A DNA stretch of 64,000 nucleotides. Origin: an uncultured Planctomycetales bacterium. Its GTDB lineage: Bacteria; Omnitrophota; Gorgyraeia; Zapsychrales; JAHFFX01. Where the stretch lies: NCBI GenBank assembly GCA_964464475.1, contig CAYXGG010000006.1, positions 16,305 through 80,304 on the forward strand, given 5' to 3'. Both the position numbers and the translations under genes were made by a program. The notes beneath the pieces are model-generated. The model saw nothing but the letters and a program-made list of their open reading frames with translations. It ran no database searches and was not told the DNA's origin. Below, piece after piece: positions 1 to 9,870 of the stretch; within the stretch, counting starts at the first letter, position 1; every line of letters begins with the position of its first letter.

Positions 1-315
1 CAATTTAGTCGCTTCTTCGGGTGAGGCGTTAGAAATTTTTTGCAGGACTTGGTCGGGATTATCATATCGGGTCTGAACTCCATCAAGATTAAGAACAGCC
101 ATCCCTCCCAACTTACCCATGGCGACCGCGAATTTAACATCGACGACTCCGTCCATAGCAGCCGCAATGATGGGGATCTCAAATTTAATTTTGCCTATTT
201 TCCAACTAACATCCACCTCGTTCGGATTAACCGTCACTCGGCCAGGTACCAAAGCGACTTCATCAAAACCATAACAACGGCGTGCCCGGCGACCAATACC
301 TATCCACTCTGCCAT
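1..315 (-). CDS. IMPDH-related protein, GuaB3-like (N-terminal 105 codons; gene continues past window start)
   Basis: Not in the ORF track because it is partial. ATG at 313-315 has an upstream GGAAAGGGAG SD. Translation MAEWIGIGRRARRCYGFDEVALVPGRVTVNPNEVDVSWKIGKIKFEIPIIAAAMDGVVDVKFAVAMGKLGGMAVLNLDG resembles the N-terminus of CBS-less IMPDH-related (GuaB3-type) proteins. Confidence 0.55.
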   Translation of the reverse strand, partial: MAEWIGIGRRARRCYGFDEVALVPGRVTVNPNEVDVSWKIGKIKFEIPIIAAAMDGVVDVKFAVAMGKLGGMAVLNLDGVQTRYDNPDQVLQKISNASPEEATKL

Positions 316-386
316 GCCTAACTCCCTTTCCTTAAATGACTTAGATGTTTTTTGTAAACAAAAATGGCTAGAAATTAATGGCCTAT

Positions 387-415
387 ACTATAAGGACTCT
401 CCTAAGAAATGTCAA
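387..415 (-). promoter_or_regulatory. sigma70-type promoter for the GuaB3-like gene (TTGACA-17nt-TATAGT on the minus strand)
   Basis: Reverse complement of 387-415 reads TTGACA tttcttaggagagtcct TATAGT, about 70 nt upstream of the ATG at 315. Confidence 0.4.
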
Positions 416-417
416 TA

Positions 418-469
418 ATTAAAACGGGCAAAAGCCACTTGATTCACAGTGGCTTTTGCCCGTTTTAAT
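418..469. terminator. bidirectional intrinsic terminator (groEL 3' end)
   Basis: Perfect inverted repeat AAAACGGGCAAAAGCCACT / AGTGGCTTTTGCCCGTTTT (19-22 bp stem, 8-nt loop) with A/T tracts at both bases; lies immediately 3' of the groEL stop (496). Confidence 0.6.
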
Positions 470-495
470 ACAGCTGACAGAAACTCAGCTAACTA

Positions 496-2187
<1,692 letters not shown>

Positions 2188-2478
2188 TTACTTTACGATC
2201 GCTAAAATATCCTCTTCCTTCATAATCAAAAGTTCATCCCCATCTTTAGTAGTAATTTCGGTCCCGCTGTATTTTCCATAAAGGATCCGATCGCCTACCT
2301 TGACTTCCAAGGCTTGGACTTGACCGCTCTCCAAGATCTTTCCCTTACCCACCGCCACGATTTTACCTTCCTGAGGTTTTTCTTTAGCGGTATCCGGTAA
2401 CACAATGCCACCCTTGGTCTTTTCTTCCGCTTCCAAAGGCTTTACCACAACTCTGTCTGCTAATGGTTTGATATCCAC
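2188..2478 (-). CDS. groES: co-chaperonin GroES (Hsp10)
   Basis: 96 aa ([13 protein letters not shown]...); GTG start with an AGGAGGTG SD 4 nt upstream. Confidence 0.93.
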   Translation of the reverse strand: MDIKPLADRVVVKPLEAEEKTKGGIVLPDTAKEKPQEGKIVAVGKGKILESGQVQALEVKVGDRILYGKYSGTEITTKDGDELLIMKEEDILAIVK

Positions 2479-2568
2479 TGCCCACCTCCTGATTGATGTG
2501 TTGATGATGATTGACCTTTAAACTTCGATAACTTAGAGGTCAGTAAGCCAGAAAACTTCTAACGCTGA

Positions 2569-2595
2569 TTAGCAGTTAAAAATTTAGAGTGCTAA
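2569..2595. promoter_or_regulatory. CIRCE operator 1 (HrcA site) overlapping the -10/TSS of groESL
   Basis: TTAGCAGTT-N9-GAGTGCTAA on the plus strand (minus-strand TTAGCACTC-N9-AACTGCTAA); 7/9 and 9/9 matches to the CIRCE half-sites. Confidence 0.6.
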
Positions 2596-2622
2596 TATAA
2601 AAAAATCGGTTGTGCTTGTCAA
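2594..2622 (-). promoter_or_regulatory. groESL sigma70-type promoter (TTGACA-17-TATATT)
   Basis: Minus strand reads TTGACA agcacaaccgatttttt TATATT; the -10 abuts/overlaps CIRCE-1. Confidence 0.5.
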
Positions 2623-2630
2623 GATTTTTT

Positions 2631-2657
2631 TTAGCAGTGTTGCAAAATGAGTGCTAA
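2631..2657. promoter_or_regulatory. CIRCE operator 2 upstream of the groESL -35
   Basis: TTAGCAGTG-ttgcaaaat-GAGTGCTAA (9-N9-9 inverted repeat). Confidence 0.5.
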
Positions 2658-2661
2658 TAAT

Positions 2662-2732
<71 letters not shown>

Positions 2733-2742
2733 CTCCCACTCC

Positions 2743-3501
2743 TTATTTATCCAGAAGTACCAAACCTTTAAAAACTAAATCCTCGTCCAGAGCGTTAATT
2801 TTGATTGTTAAATATCGCCGCATCAACTTCGCATGACCTCCCGTTAAAATAACCTTTGGTCGCCCGCCCACCCGCTTCGACAACTGGCGAACCATCTGCG
2901 AACACAGCGCGCCAAAACCAAAGAAAATCCCGCTCAATATACTTTCTTCCGTCGTTCTGCCAATAATTTCCTTAGGGCCACGAATTCTTATTTTTGGCAA
3001 AAGTGCGGTTTTTTTGTGTAGAGATTCCGCTGATAACCGAATGCCCGGGACGATAGATCCTCCTAAATATTCTCCTTTACGCGAAACCACGTCAAAAGTA
3101 ATCGCCGTGCCCAAATCAATGACCAGACACGGAGCTCCCCAAAAATGTTTAGCGGCAAACGCCCCTACCAACCGGTCCTGCCCGACCTGATGGGGCACCC
3201 GATAACGATTCACCATAGAGACGATGATGTCCTTTCCCACCAAGAAAACGGGTACTCCCAACGCTCTTTTGATCTCAGCGACGACCAAATGATTCAAATC
3301 GGGCACAACACTACAAATAATCGCGCGACGCAACAATATTTTCTGATGTAATACTGTTTTTAATAAACGGCGAATACCTAACCGCAAATGGGCTGGCTCT
3401 TCTTGCGTCTCCAATCGCCAAGATTTAATTACCTTAAATCCCCGCATAAGCGCGAAGTGTGCGGACGTATTCCCTATATCAGCGACAAATTGCATAAGCA
3501 C
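2743..3501 (-). CDS. coaX: type III pantothenate kinase
   Basis: 252 aa; MQFVADIGNTSAHFAL N-terminus and the overall CoaX/Bvg-accessory-factor fold pattern. Confidence 0.88.
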   Translation of the reverse strand: MLMQFVADIGNTSAHFALMRGFKVIKSWRLETQEEPAHLRLGIRRLLKTVLHQKILLRRAIICSVVPDLNHLVVAEIKRALGVPVFLVGKDIIVSMVNRYRVPHQVGQDRLVGAFAAKHFWGAPCLVIDLGTAITFDVVSRKGEYLGGSIVPGIRLSAESLHKKTALLPKIRIRGPKEIIGRTTEESILSGIFFGFGALCSQMVRQLSKRVGGRPKVILTGGHAKLMRRYLTIKINALDEDLVFKGLVLLDK

Positions 3502-3510
3502 CTAAAAAAA

Positions 3511-5565
3511 TCACGTTTTCTTCGACTGTTTAGTTTTACTTCGAAGCCCTTTAGTCTTTGCTGCCGTTTCCAGCAACTCAACCGAATTTCGCTGTCCCGG
3601 TAAAGATTTTAATTCCTTAATCTTGTCGCGCAGCAAAGCGGCTTTTTCAAACTGCAAATTGCGCGCCGCCAATTCCATCTCACTTTCCAATTCCATAATC
3701 GCAGAAGACACGGCATATTCTTCCTCGGAAAATCCCGCAACATCTCTTACCACTTCCTGAGCGTCGGCCAGTTCTTCAATCCCCAAGCGAATGGCTTTCT
3801 CGATGGAGGTTGGCACTATTTTATATTTCTCGTTAAAAGCTATTTGGATTTTTCTGCGTCGTTCACATTCATGAATGGTCGCACGCATCGCTGCCGTCAT
3901 TTTATCGGCATACATAATCACGATACCATTGACATTGCGAGCGGCGCGTCCGGCCGTCTGAATCAGTGACGTCTGCGATCTCAGAAATCCTTCTTTATCC
4001 GCATCAAAAATAACCACGAGCGAAACTTCGGGCAAATCCAACCCCTCGCGCAACAGATTAACGCCTACCAAACAATCAAATTTCTGCAATCTCAAATCTT
4101 GAAGAATTTTAGCACGGTCAATCGTCTCGATATCAGAATGCAAGTATTTGACCCGAACTCCCTTCTCCCGCAAGAAATCCGTCAAATCTTCTGACATACG
4201 TTTCGTTAACGTCGTTAAAAGAATACGTTCATTCATTTTTACTCGCTTCTGAATTTCTTTCAAAACATCTTCAACTTGACCAGCGGTAGGTCGCACTTCA
4301 ATGGGAGGATCTACAATCCCCGTAGGACGGATAATTTGCTCGATGATCGCTCCTTGAGCCTCTTTGTATTCATACGGCCCGGGTGTTGCAGAGACATAAA
4401 TTCGCTGACGCCATAATTGTTTTAATTCCTCAAAGCGTAACGGCCGATTATCCAAACAGGACGGCAACCGAAAACCATGCTCAACGAGCATTTCCTTACG
4501 GGCCCGGTCTCCCTCATACATTCCTCCGAGTTGCGGAATAGTTACATGCGATTCGTCAATCAAAACCAAGTAGTCTTCAGGAAAATAATCCAGCAAGCAA
4601 TAGGGCCTCGCCCCCGAAGGACGCCGAGAAAGCACCCGTGAATAATTTTCGATACCGTGACAGTATCCCATTTCCTTAAGCATCTCGAGGTCATAACGCG
4701 TGCGAGAGTTGAGCCTTTGGGCTTCCAACAATTTTCCGGCCTTCTTCAGTTCCTCCACCCGCTCCTTTAATTCCGTTTCTATCTCCGCTAACGCTTCTTC
4801 TAATTTAGGCGGAGAAATAATAAAATGTTTCGCCGGATAGATGGCAATCTGATTAAGTACATGCTGGACCTCGGCAGAAACCGGGTCAAATTGAGAAATT
4901 CTTTCTAAATAATCTCCATTAAATTCTAAACGCAGCGCATCCTGCCGATAAGCCGGGAAGACCTCTACCACGTCACCCCGCACCCGGATTTTGCCTCGCA
5001 CAAACTCATAGTCATTCCGTTCATATTGAATGGCGATAAGTTTTTCCAAAACTGCATCTCGTTCAATGGACTGACCTACCGACAGAAAAAGCAAATAGTT
5101 CCGATAATCCGCAGGATCCCCTAAATTATAAATGCACGACACGCTCGCCACGATGACCACGTCCCGACGCGACATGATTGACGTCGTGGCCGCCAGGCGT
5201 AACCGATCTAGGCGGTCATTTATGGAAGCGTCCTTTTCAATGTACATATCCGTTTGGGGAATATAGGCTTCCGGTTGGTAATAATCATAATAGCTGACAA
5301 AGTACTCAACCGCGTTCTTAGGGAAAAATTCCTTGAACTCGCCGTAAAGTTGGGCGGCAAGCGTTTTATTGTGAGAGATGACCAAGGTTGGACGATTGAT
5401 CTTTTCTATAACATTAGCCAGCGTGTAGGTCTTGCCACTACCGGTGACACCGAGCAGCACTTGCGCTGAGAATTTATTTTGCTGAATATTTCGCGCTAAG
5501 AGTTCAATCGCGTTTGCCTGTTCCGGAACAGGGCGGAACTTAGATTGCAACACAAATCGTTCCAT
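3511..5565 (-). CDS. uvrB: excinuclease ABC subunit B
   Basis: 684 aa; Walker A GVTGSGKT, helicase motifs, C-terminal UVR domain (QFEKAALLRDKI). Confidence 0.97.
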   Translation of the reverse strand: MERFVLQSKFRPVPEQANAIELLARNIQQNKFSAQVLLGVTGSGKTYTLANVIEKINRPTLVISHNKTLAAQLYGEFKEFFPKNAVEYFVSYYDYYQPEAYIPQTDMYIEKDASINDRLDRLRLAATTSIMSRRDVVIVASVSCIYNLGDPADYRNYLLFLSVGQSIERDAVLEKLIAIQYERNDYEFVRGKIRVRGDVVEVFPAYRQDALRLEFNGDYLERISQFDPVSAEVQHVLNQIAIYPAKHFIISPPKLEEALAEIETELKERVEELKKAGKLLEAQRLNSRTRYDLEMLKEMGYCHGIENYSRVLSRRPSGARPYCLLDYFPEDYLVLIDESHVTIPQLGGMYEGDRARKEMLVEHGFRLPSCLDNRPLRFEELKQLWRQRIYVSATPGPYEYKEAQGAIIEQIIRPTGIVDPPIEVRPTAGQVEDVLKEIQKRVKMNERILLTTLTKRMSEDLTDFLREKGVRVKYLHSDIETIDRAKILQDLRLQKFDCLVGVNLLREGLDLPEVSLVVIFDADKEGFLRSQTSLIQTAGRAARNVNGIVIMYADKMTAAMRATIHECERRRKIQIAFNEKYKIVPTSIEKAIRLGIEELADAQEVVRDVAGFSEEEYAVSSAIMELESEMELAARNLQFEKAALLRDKIKELKSLPGQRNSVELLETAAKTKGLRSKTKQSKKT

Positions 5566-5570
5566 AAAAT

Positions 5571-6035
5571 TTAGGGTAGGACAAGCGTGCCAGCTAAACG
5601 TTGTTCCATGTCATTAAACAACGCGTTGACGAGAGGATCGTTGCGCCGGCTTTCAAAAATTTTGAATAACACGGGGGTCAAACTTAAATATCGGACTTCC
5701 ACCTCCACCCGATCGCCCAAATTGCTGACATACACATTTAATGTGCGATACCGGGAATACAAAACTCGCGAAGATTGTCGACCCTCGGTGAACAAAACGA
5801 CTTGCTGTTGGGCATCGCCGGCGCGACCTTGTTCATACTGGATGGGATCAGATTCTTCGTTAATGGACCAACCGGCTGACGCGAGTGATTCCTTGACCGC
5901 CGTCAAAGTCGAACCATAGTCGCTATGAAAAATCTTTTTATAAGGATTTTGATCAGTTACGTACTTAGGGATCTTAACGCTGACACACCCGCATAGAACC
6001 AATAAGTATACCGCCAAATAAAACATGCGCTTCAT
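5571..6035 (-). CDS. hypothetical lipoprotein
   Basis: 154 aa; signal peptide with lipobox LVLCGC; no recognisable domain. Confidence 0.45.
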   Translation of the reverse strand: MKRMFYLAVYLLVLCGCVSVKIPKYVTDQNPYKKIFHSDYGSTLTAVKESLASAGWSINEESDPIQYEQGRAGDAQQQVVLFTEGRQSSRVLYSRYRTLNVYVSNLGDRVEVEVRYLSLTPVLFKIFESRRNDPLVNALFNDMEQRLAGTLVLP

Positions 6036-6047
6036 GCAACAATCTCC

Positions 6048-6353
6048 TTAGCAAACTTTCCCATGCATATAGGGACGCGCTTTATTCTTTTCGGATTTTT
6101 TATTAATTTCTGCCTGGATATCAATTTCTAATCCGCCACACAAATCAAATAAGCGAATAAAGGTGTCTGCCAGCTCTTCTTTAAAGTTTTCGTCATCTTT
6201 CTTACGATGGGCTTCCATCGCTTCGGCCAACTCCGTGACAATCAACATCAGCGCTTCGCCGACATTACGTTCTTTGTCCCAAAATCCCTTAGAACGCGCG
6301 ATTTCATGGCAAAGCTGAGACATTTCCGCTAAAGTGTAGTCTTTCTTCATCAT
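6048..6353 (-). CDS. MazG-like nucleotide pyrophosphohydrolase
   Basis: 101 aa; EVGEALMLIVTELAEAMEA and EELADTFIRLFDL are typical of the all-alpha MazG/NTP-PPase family. Confidence 0.7.
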   Translation of the reverse strand: MMKKDYTLAEMSQLCHEIARSKGFWDKERNVGEALMLIVTELAEAMEAHRKKDDENFKEELADTFIRLFDLCGGLEIDIQAEINKKSEKNKARPYMHGKVC

Positions 6354-7018
6354 TAATTCCTCTCAATAAAATTTTCCATATCTTCGGGTAAAGGAGATTC
6401 TACCCGCACTAACTGTTTGGTAATCGGATGCTTCCATTCAATCGTGCTCGCATGCAAAGCCACTCGGCGGAACTTCAAATCAAAATCCCTTCCAAAAGCG
6501 TATTGACGTTCTCCTAAAAGTGGATACCCCAAATCACGCATATGAATCCGAATTTGGTGCGTCCTACCGGTCAAAGGAAAAACTTCAACAATGCTAAAAC
6601 GATGTTTGACCAAAACACGCTTATATCGAGTAACAGAAAGCTTGCCGGCTCCTCCCCGATTAAAACGCTCTTCCTCAACATCCTGAATCACGCTTTTGAT
6701 TTCACCCGCCGGATGGCGAACTTTGCCATGGACTAAGGCAATATATTTCTTTCGGACAACCTGTTGTTTAAAAAGCATCATCATCGCCTGTTGATTGGAG
6801 CGACCTATAGCAAAAACAATGACCCCGGACGTTTCCCGATCCAGTCGATGACAAGGCAACAAAGGACCTCGCTGCTGAACCGCCGGATGCTCACGGTTTA
6901 CGACCTGTTCTAGGGTATTTTTTTCTCTCTTGGGAGAAGGAACCACCAGCATGCCCGCCGGTTTATCAAAGACCATCAAAAAATCATCTTGGAACAATAC
7001 TGGGATGGGGGCAGGCAT
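6353..7018 (-). CDS. RluA-family pseudouridine synthase
   Basis: 221 aa; catalytic HRLDRETSGV motif and a HQIRIH C-terminal motif. Confidence 0.85.
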   Translation of the reverse strand: MPAPIPVLFQDDFLMVFDKPAGMLVVPSPKREKNTLEQVVNREHPAVQQRGPLLPCHRLDRETSGVIVFAIGRSNQQAMMMLFKQQVVRKKYIALVHGKVRHPAGEIKSVIQDVEEERFNRGGAGKLSVTRYKRVLVKHRFSIVEVFPLTGRTHQIRIHMRDLGYPLLGERQYAFGRDFDLKFRRVALHASTIEWKHPITKQLVRVESPLPEDMENFIERN

Positions 7019-7034
7019 GCCGTCAATCGGGAGA

Positions 7035-7196
7035 TCAAGATTCTTCGGAAGAATCTTCGTCCTGGCCCTCTATCAACTGCGTCAGATAATTGAGTTTTCT
7101 CAAAATCAAAACCGGAAAAACAATCAGCCACAGCTGAAAGGCCACAGCCAATAAGGCCTGAATTGGAGTAACACTTATCTGCAATGCTTGTTCCAT
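7035..7196 (-). CDS. small hydrophobic protein (53 aa, single TM, acidic C-tail)
   Basis: Unannotated ORF MEQALQISVTPIQALLAVAFQLWLIVFPVLILRKLNYLTQLIEGQDEDSSEES with a GGAGATAGAG SD 7 nt upstream; fills the 216-nt gap between PilZ and rluA. Confidence 0.35.
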   Translation of the reverse strand: MEQALQISVTPIQALLAVAFQLWLIVFPVLILRKLNYLTQLIEGQDEDSSEES

Positions 7197-7234
7197 CTCT
7201 ATCTCCTAAATCTCCCTGCCGGGAGGACGTTCAT

Positions 7235-7621
7235 TCAATTGAGGGGGACATCCTGGGATGGACCCGCCTTCATCTGACCGGACACATACTCGGAAATAAC
7301 TTTGGTATCTGCGGGTAAAATGTCACTAAAGAAGATAGCCACCTTATAATAATCCTGCCCTGGAATAGATTCCGTTCGTACCACCACCCCATGACAAGTT
7401 AATTTCTTAGTCACGGTTTTACCCCGACGCTTAAGGGGCAAAAGCAGATGAATACTGATTCGGGTCATCGGTTCAAAATACTTATTGACCTTACAGTAAG
7501 CTCCGGCACAGCTGAGATTATAGGTTTCCGTAACGACATCCGTCTCTTCGCTGGAAATCTTGATGGGAATGGTCTGTTCCAGACGAGGATGTTTTCGTCG
7601 TTCAGAGGCAGGAGGATTCAA
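7235..7621 (-). CDS. PilZ domain protein
   Basis: 128 aa; RKHPR (RxxxR) and NLSCAG (NxSxxG) motifs. Confidence 0.65.
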   Translation of the reverse strand: MNPPASERRKHPRLEQTIPIKISSEETDVVTETYNLSCAGAYCKVNKYFEPMTRISIHLLLPLKRRGKTVTKKLTCHGVVVRTESIPGQDYYKVAIFFSDILPADTKVISEYVSGQMKAGPSQDVPLN

Positions 7622-7622
7622 T

Positions 7623-7811
7623 TTACGATGACTCGCCTTCTTTGGGTTTATTGGCTATGGCTGCTTTGCCCTTCCCTTTAAAGCAATTATTGTTGCAATA
7701 ATACTTACCGTTACGGTAATACCGCTTGGCGCGCTTCATGGGTTTACCGCAGGCAGCGCAATTTTTCAAATTTTCTGCCGAGACTCCTGGTGCTGCTGCT
7801 TGATCTGCCAT
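7623..7811 (-). CDS. small zinc-ribbon protein (CxxC-x17-CxxxC, TRASH/YHS-like spacing)
   Basis: 62 aa; CAACGKPM...GKYYCNNNCF; Lys-rich tail; 1-nt gap to the downstream PilZ gene. Confidence 0.5.
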   Translation of the reverse strand: MADQAAAPGVSAENLKNCAACGKPMKRAKRYYRNGKYYCNNNCFKGKGKAAIANKPKEGESS

Positions 7812-7858
7812 AATACGAAGGTACTCCTTTCAGTGCTACTAGCTGAATCTGATGTTTT

Positions 7859-8215
7859 TCAGCGGGTGTTATAGGTTCCAGAGCGTTCCTCAGGATTTAC
7901 TTTTAAGTTGTCTTCCTCCACAAATTTAAGGCCCATTTGATACCGATCGGTGTGAGGAAGTTTGCTAATCCACATGACTTTTCCCACCAAATCAACCCAT
8001 CGACCACTTTGGTCCCGAAACCGCACGTTCACCAAGGTATGAAGGGGCAGAAATTCTTCAAAATTAATCCTCATGCCCCCTAACGAAAGGTCGCAGGACA
8101 AGCAACCGCCAAAATGGCGGGCGTCTCTAACTTCATATTCAACCGACTCCCGAAACTCAATCCGGGAAAACCGACGTTGGTCCTCTTTAATTCCAGGAAT
8201 TTCTAAGTCAAGCAT
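7859..8215 (-). CDS. PilZ domain protein
   Basis: 118 aa; RRFSR (RxxxR) and DLSLGG (DxSxGG) c-di-GMP binding motifs. Confidence 0.7.
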   Translation of the reverse strand: MLDLEIPGIKEDQRRFSRIEFRESVEYEVRDARHFGGCLSCDLSLGGMRINFEEFLPLHTLVNVRFRDQSGRWVDLVGKVMWISKLPHTDRYQMGLKFVEEDNLKVNPEERSGTYNTR

Positions 8216-8241
8216 GTACGGATCTCTTTCTTCCTCAAATT

Positions 8242-8270
8242 AAACGGCGGCATTATAACACAGACTCCAA
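8242..8270 (-). promoter_or_regulatory. putative extended -10 promoter for the PilZ operon (TTTGTA-17-TGtTATAAT)
   Basis: Minus strand reads TTTGTA ctgattggagtctgtgt TATAAT with TG at -15/-14; GAGGAAG SD before the ATG at 8215. Confidence 0.35.
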
Positions 8271-8345
8271 TCAGTACAAAAATAATTTTCAACTGACTGT
8301 CCTTGCTTCAGGCTTTTCAAAGGCCACAATAGCGACACAGGAAAC

Positions 8346-8374
8346 TTTACCTCTCTAGCCTTGCGTGCTATAAT
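8346..8374 (+). promoter_or_regulatory. putative extended -10 promoter (TGcTATAAT) for the gspA-like gene, possibly giving a leaderless mRNA
   Basis: TATAAT at 8369-8374 with TG at 8366-8367; the ATG at 8382 lies 8 nt downstream, so a TSS at the start codon is plausible. Confidence 0.3.
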
Positions 8375-8381
8375 CCCGCCC

Positions 8382-9182
8382 ATGTATAAAGATTATTATC
8401 AACTTCGCGAGTACCCCTTTAATATTACTGCAGATCCCTCCTTTTTCTTTGCCAGCTCTTTGCATGCGGACGCTTTTTCTCATTTAGCTTACGGTATTGA
8501 ACAACGCAAAGGCATCATCGTGATCACAGGTGAAATAGGAACGGGCAAAACTACCCTGTGCCGAGCCCTCTTAAACCGCCTCGACCGTCGCACCAAAACC
8601 GCCTTTATTCTGAACCCAAATTTTTCGGAAACTGAACTCCTACAACTTATCATGAAAGATTTTGGGTTACCGGCAGAAGGTCGCAATAAATTCCAGCTGA
8701 TTAGCGCCTTAAATGATTTTCTACTCCAGGAAACCGAAGCCGGCAATAACGTGGCCTTAATTATTGACGAAGCTCAAAATTTAAAACCACCCCAATTAGA
8801 ACAAGTTCGCCTGCTTTCCAATCTAGAAACTGAAAAAGCCAAACTTCTACAAATTGTCCTTGTCGGCCAACCGGAATTGATTGAACGCCTTAAATTACCT
8901 TCCCTACGCCAGTTAAACCAGCGCATTGCAGTACGATTTCATATTCAACCGTTAGAAAAGAATCAAACTAAAGAATACATTTTACATCGACTAAAAATAG
9001 CCGGCGCGAATGGCCAATTAAATTTCACGCCCGAAGCCCTGGAAGAGATTTATGTGTATTCCGGTGGCACGCCCCGACTTATCAATGTGCTCTGCGACCG
9101 AGCGATGCTGGCGGGATTTGCCGCAGGCAAACAAACAATTGACCTCGATACCGTACAAAAATCAGCTGGAGAAATATTATGA
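8382..9182 (+). CDS. GspA/ExeA-like AAA+ ATPase (short form, no peptidoglycan-binding domain)
   Basis: About 266 aa from the ATG at 8382 (track ORF starts at TTG 8361); ITGEIGTGKTTLCRALL Walker A, IIDEAQNL Walker B; overall ExeA/MshM-like. Confidence 0.7.
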   Translation: MYKDYYQLREYPFNITADPSFFFASSLHADAFSHLAYGIEQRKGIIVITGEIGTGKTTLCRALLNRLDRRTKTAFILNPNFSETELLQLIMKDFGLPAEGRNKFQLISALNDFLLQETEAGNNVALIIDEAQNLKPPQLEQVRLLSNLETEKAKLLQIVLVGQPELIERLKLPSLRQLNQRIAVRFHIQPLEKNQTKEYILHRLKIAGANGQLNFTPEALEEIYVYSGGTPRLINVLCDRAMLAGFAAGKQTIDLDTVQKSAGEIL

Positions 9183-9859
9183 GCATTATTCATGACGCGT
9201 TAAAACGAGCCCAAGCCAAAATGCAAGAGGATAATAAAGCAGCCCCCTCCCCGCCACCAACCACGTCGGCACCCAGCACACCGTCTCCGCAGACTACCCT
9301 GGAGCTTAAACAACCTCAACCGAGAGTCATCCTTGAACCCGTCGCGGAATCCAGACCGGAGCCATCCGTTGCTCCGGTGAAAACGACTCCAGCGCCAAAA
9401 GTAAAAGTATCCGTCCCCCGTTCCAAAACGTTGGCCGCCAAACCAACGCCGACTATTTCCAAAAAAGACCTCCAAATGTGGATTATTTCCGGATTGGTAT
9501 TCACGCTGGTGCTTATTTGTTTTGGATTAACCTTTACGTTGATCGCTTCTAACCGCCGCGATCAGACTTCCCGCCCAAAAATTTCTCCCGAAGAAAAAAA
9601 TCAGCAAGCCAATCAACAAGCACTCCAAAATCTAGCCTCTGCAAAAAAGAAAGCCGCGGTAACCAAAACTCCTTCCGGAGAATCGCTGGTTCTCAACGGC
9701 ATCATGTCGTCGGAAGGCGAACAAATGGCCCTCATCAATAATGAAATTGTCCGACCGGGGGATTATATTGGAGAAGCTAGAATCTTAAAAATACTAGAGA
9801 ATCAAGTGGAGATTTTCTCGAAGGGTGAAGTGTTGATTCTCAAAGCCACCAAATTATAA
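9179..9859 (+). CDS. proline-rich bitopic membrane protein, GspB/ExeB-like C-terminal domain (putative partner of the ATPase)
   Basis: 226 aa; ATGA start/stop overlap with the upstream gene; Pro/Thr/Ser-rich linker, one TM (WIISGLVFTLVLICFGLTFTLI), C-terminus LVLNGIMSSEGEQMALINNEIVRPGDYIGEARILKI resembling the T2SS-B family. Confidence 0.4.
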   Translation: MSIIHDALKRAQAKMQEDNKAAPSPPPTTSAPSTPSPQTTLELKQPQPRVILEPVAESRPEPSVAPVKTTPAPKVKVSVPRSKTLAAKPTPTISKKDLQMWIISGLVFTLVLICFGLTFTLIASNRRDQTSRPKISPEEKNQQANQQALQNLASAKKKAAVTKTPSGESLVLNGIMSSEGEQMALINNEIVRPGDYIGEARILKILENQVEIFSKGEVLILKATKL

Positions 9860-9870
9860 AATCAACCGAC

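Noticed and set aside
40-321. 93-aa plus-strand ORF at the window start
   Set aside because: It is the antisense shadow of the minus-strand GuaB3-like gene, whose translation gives a coherent IMPDH-family N-terminus.
8361-8381. TTG start for the gspA-like gene as given in the ORF track
   Set aside because: The in-frame ATG at 8382 is positioned right after a TGcTATAAT element; the TTG lies inside the putative -10 region.
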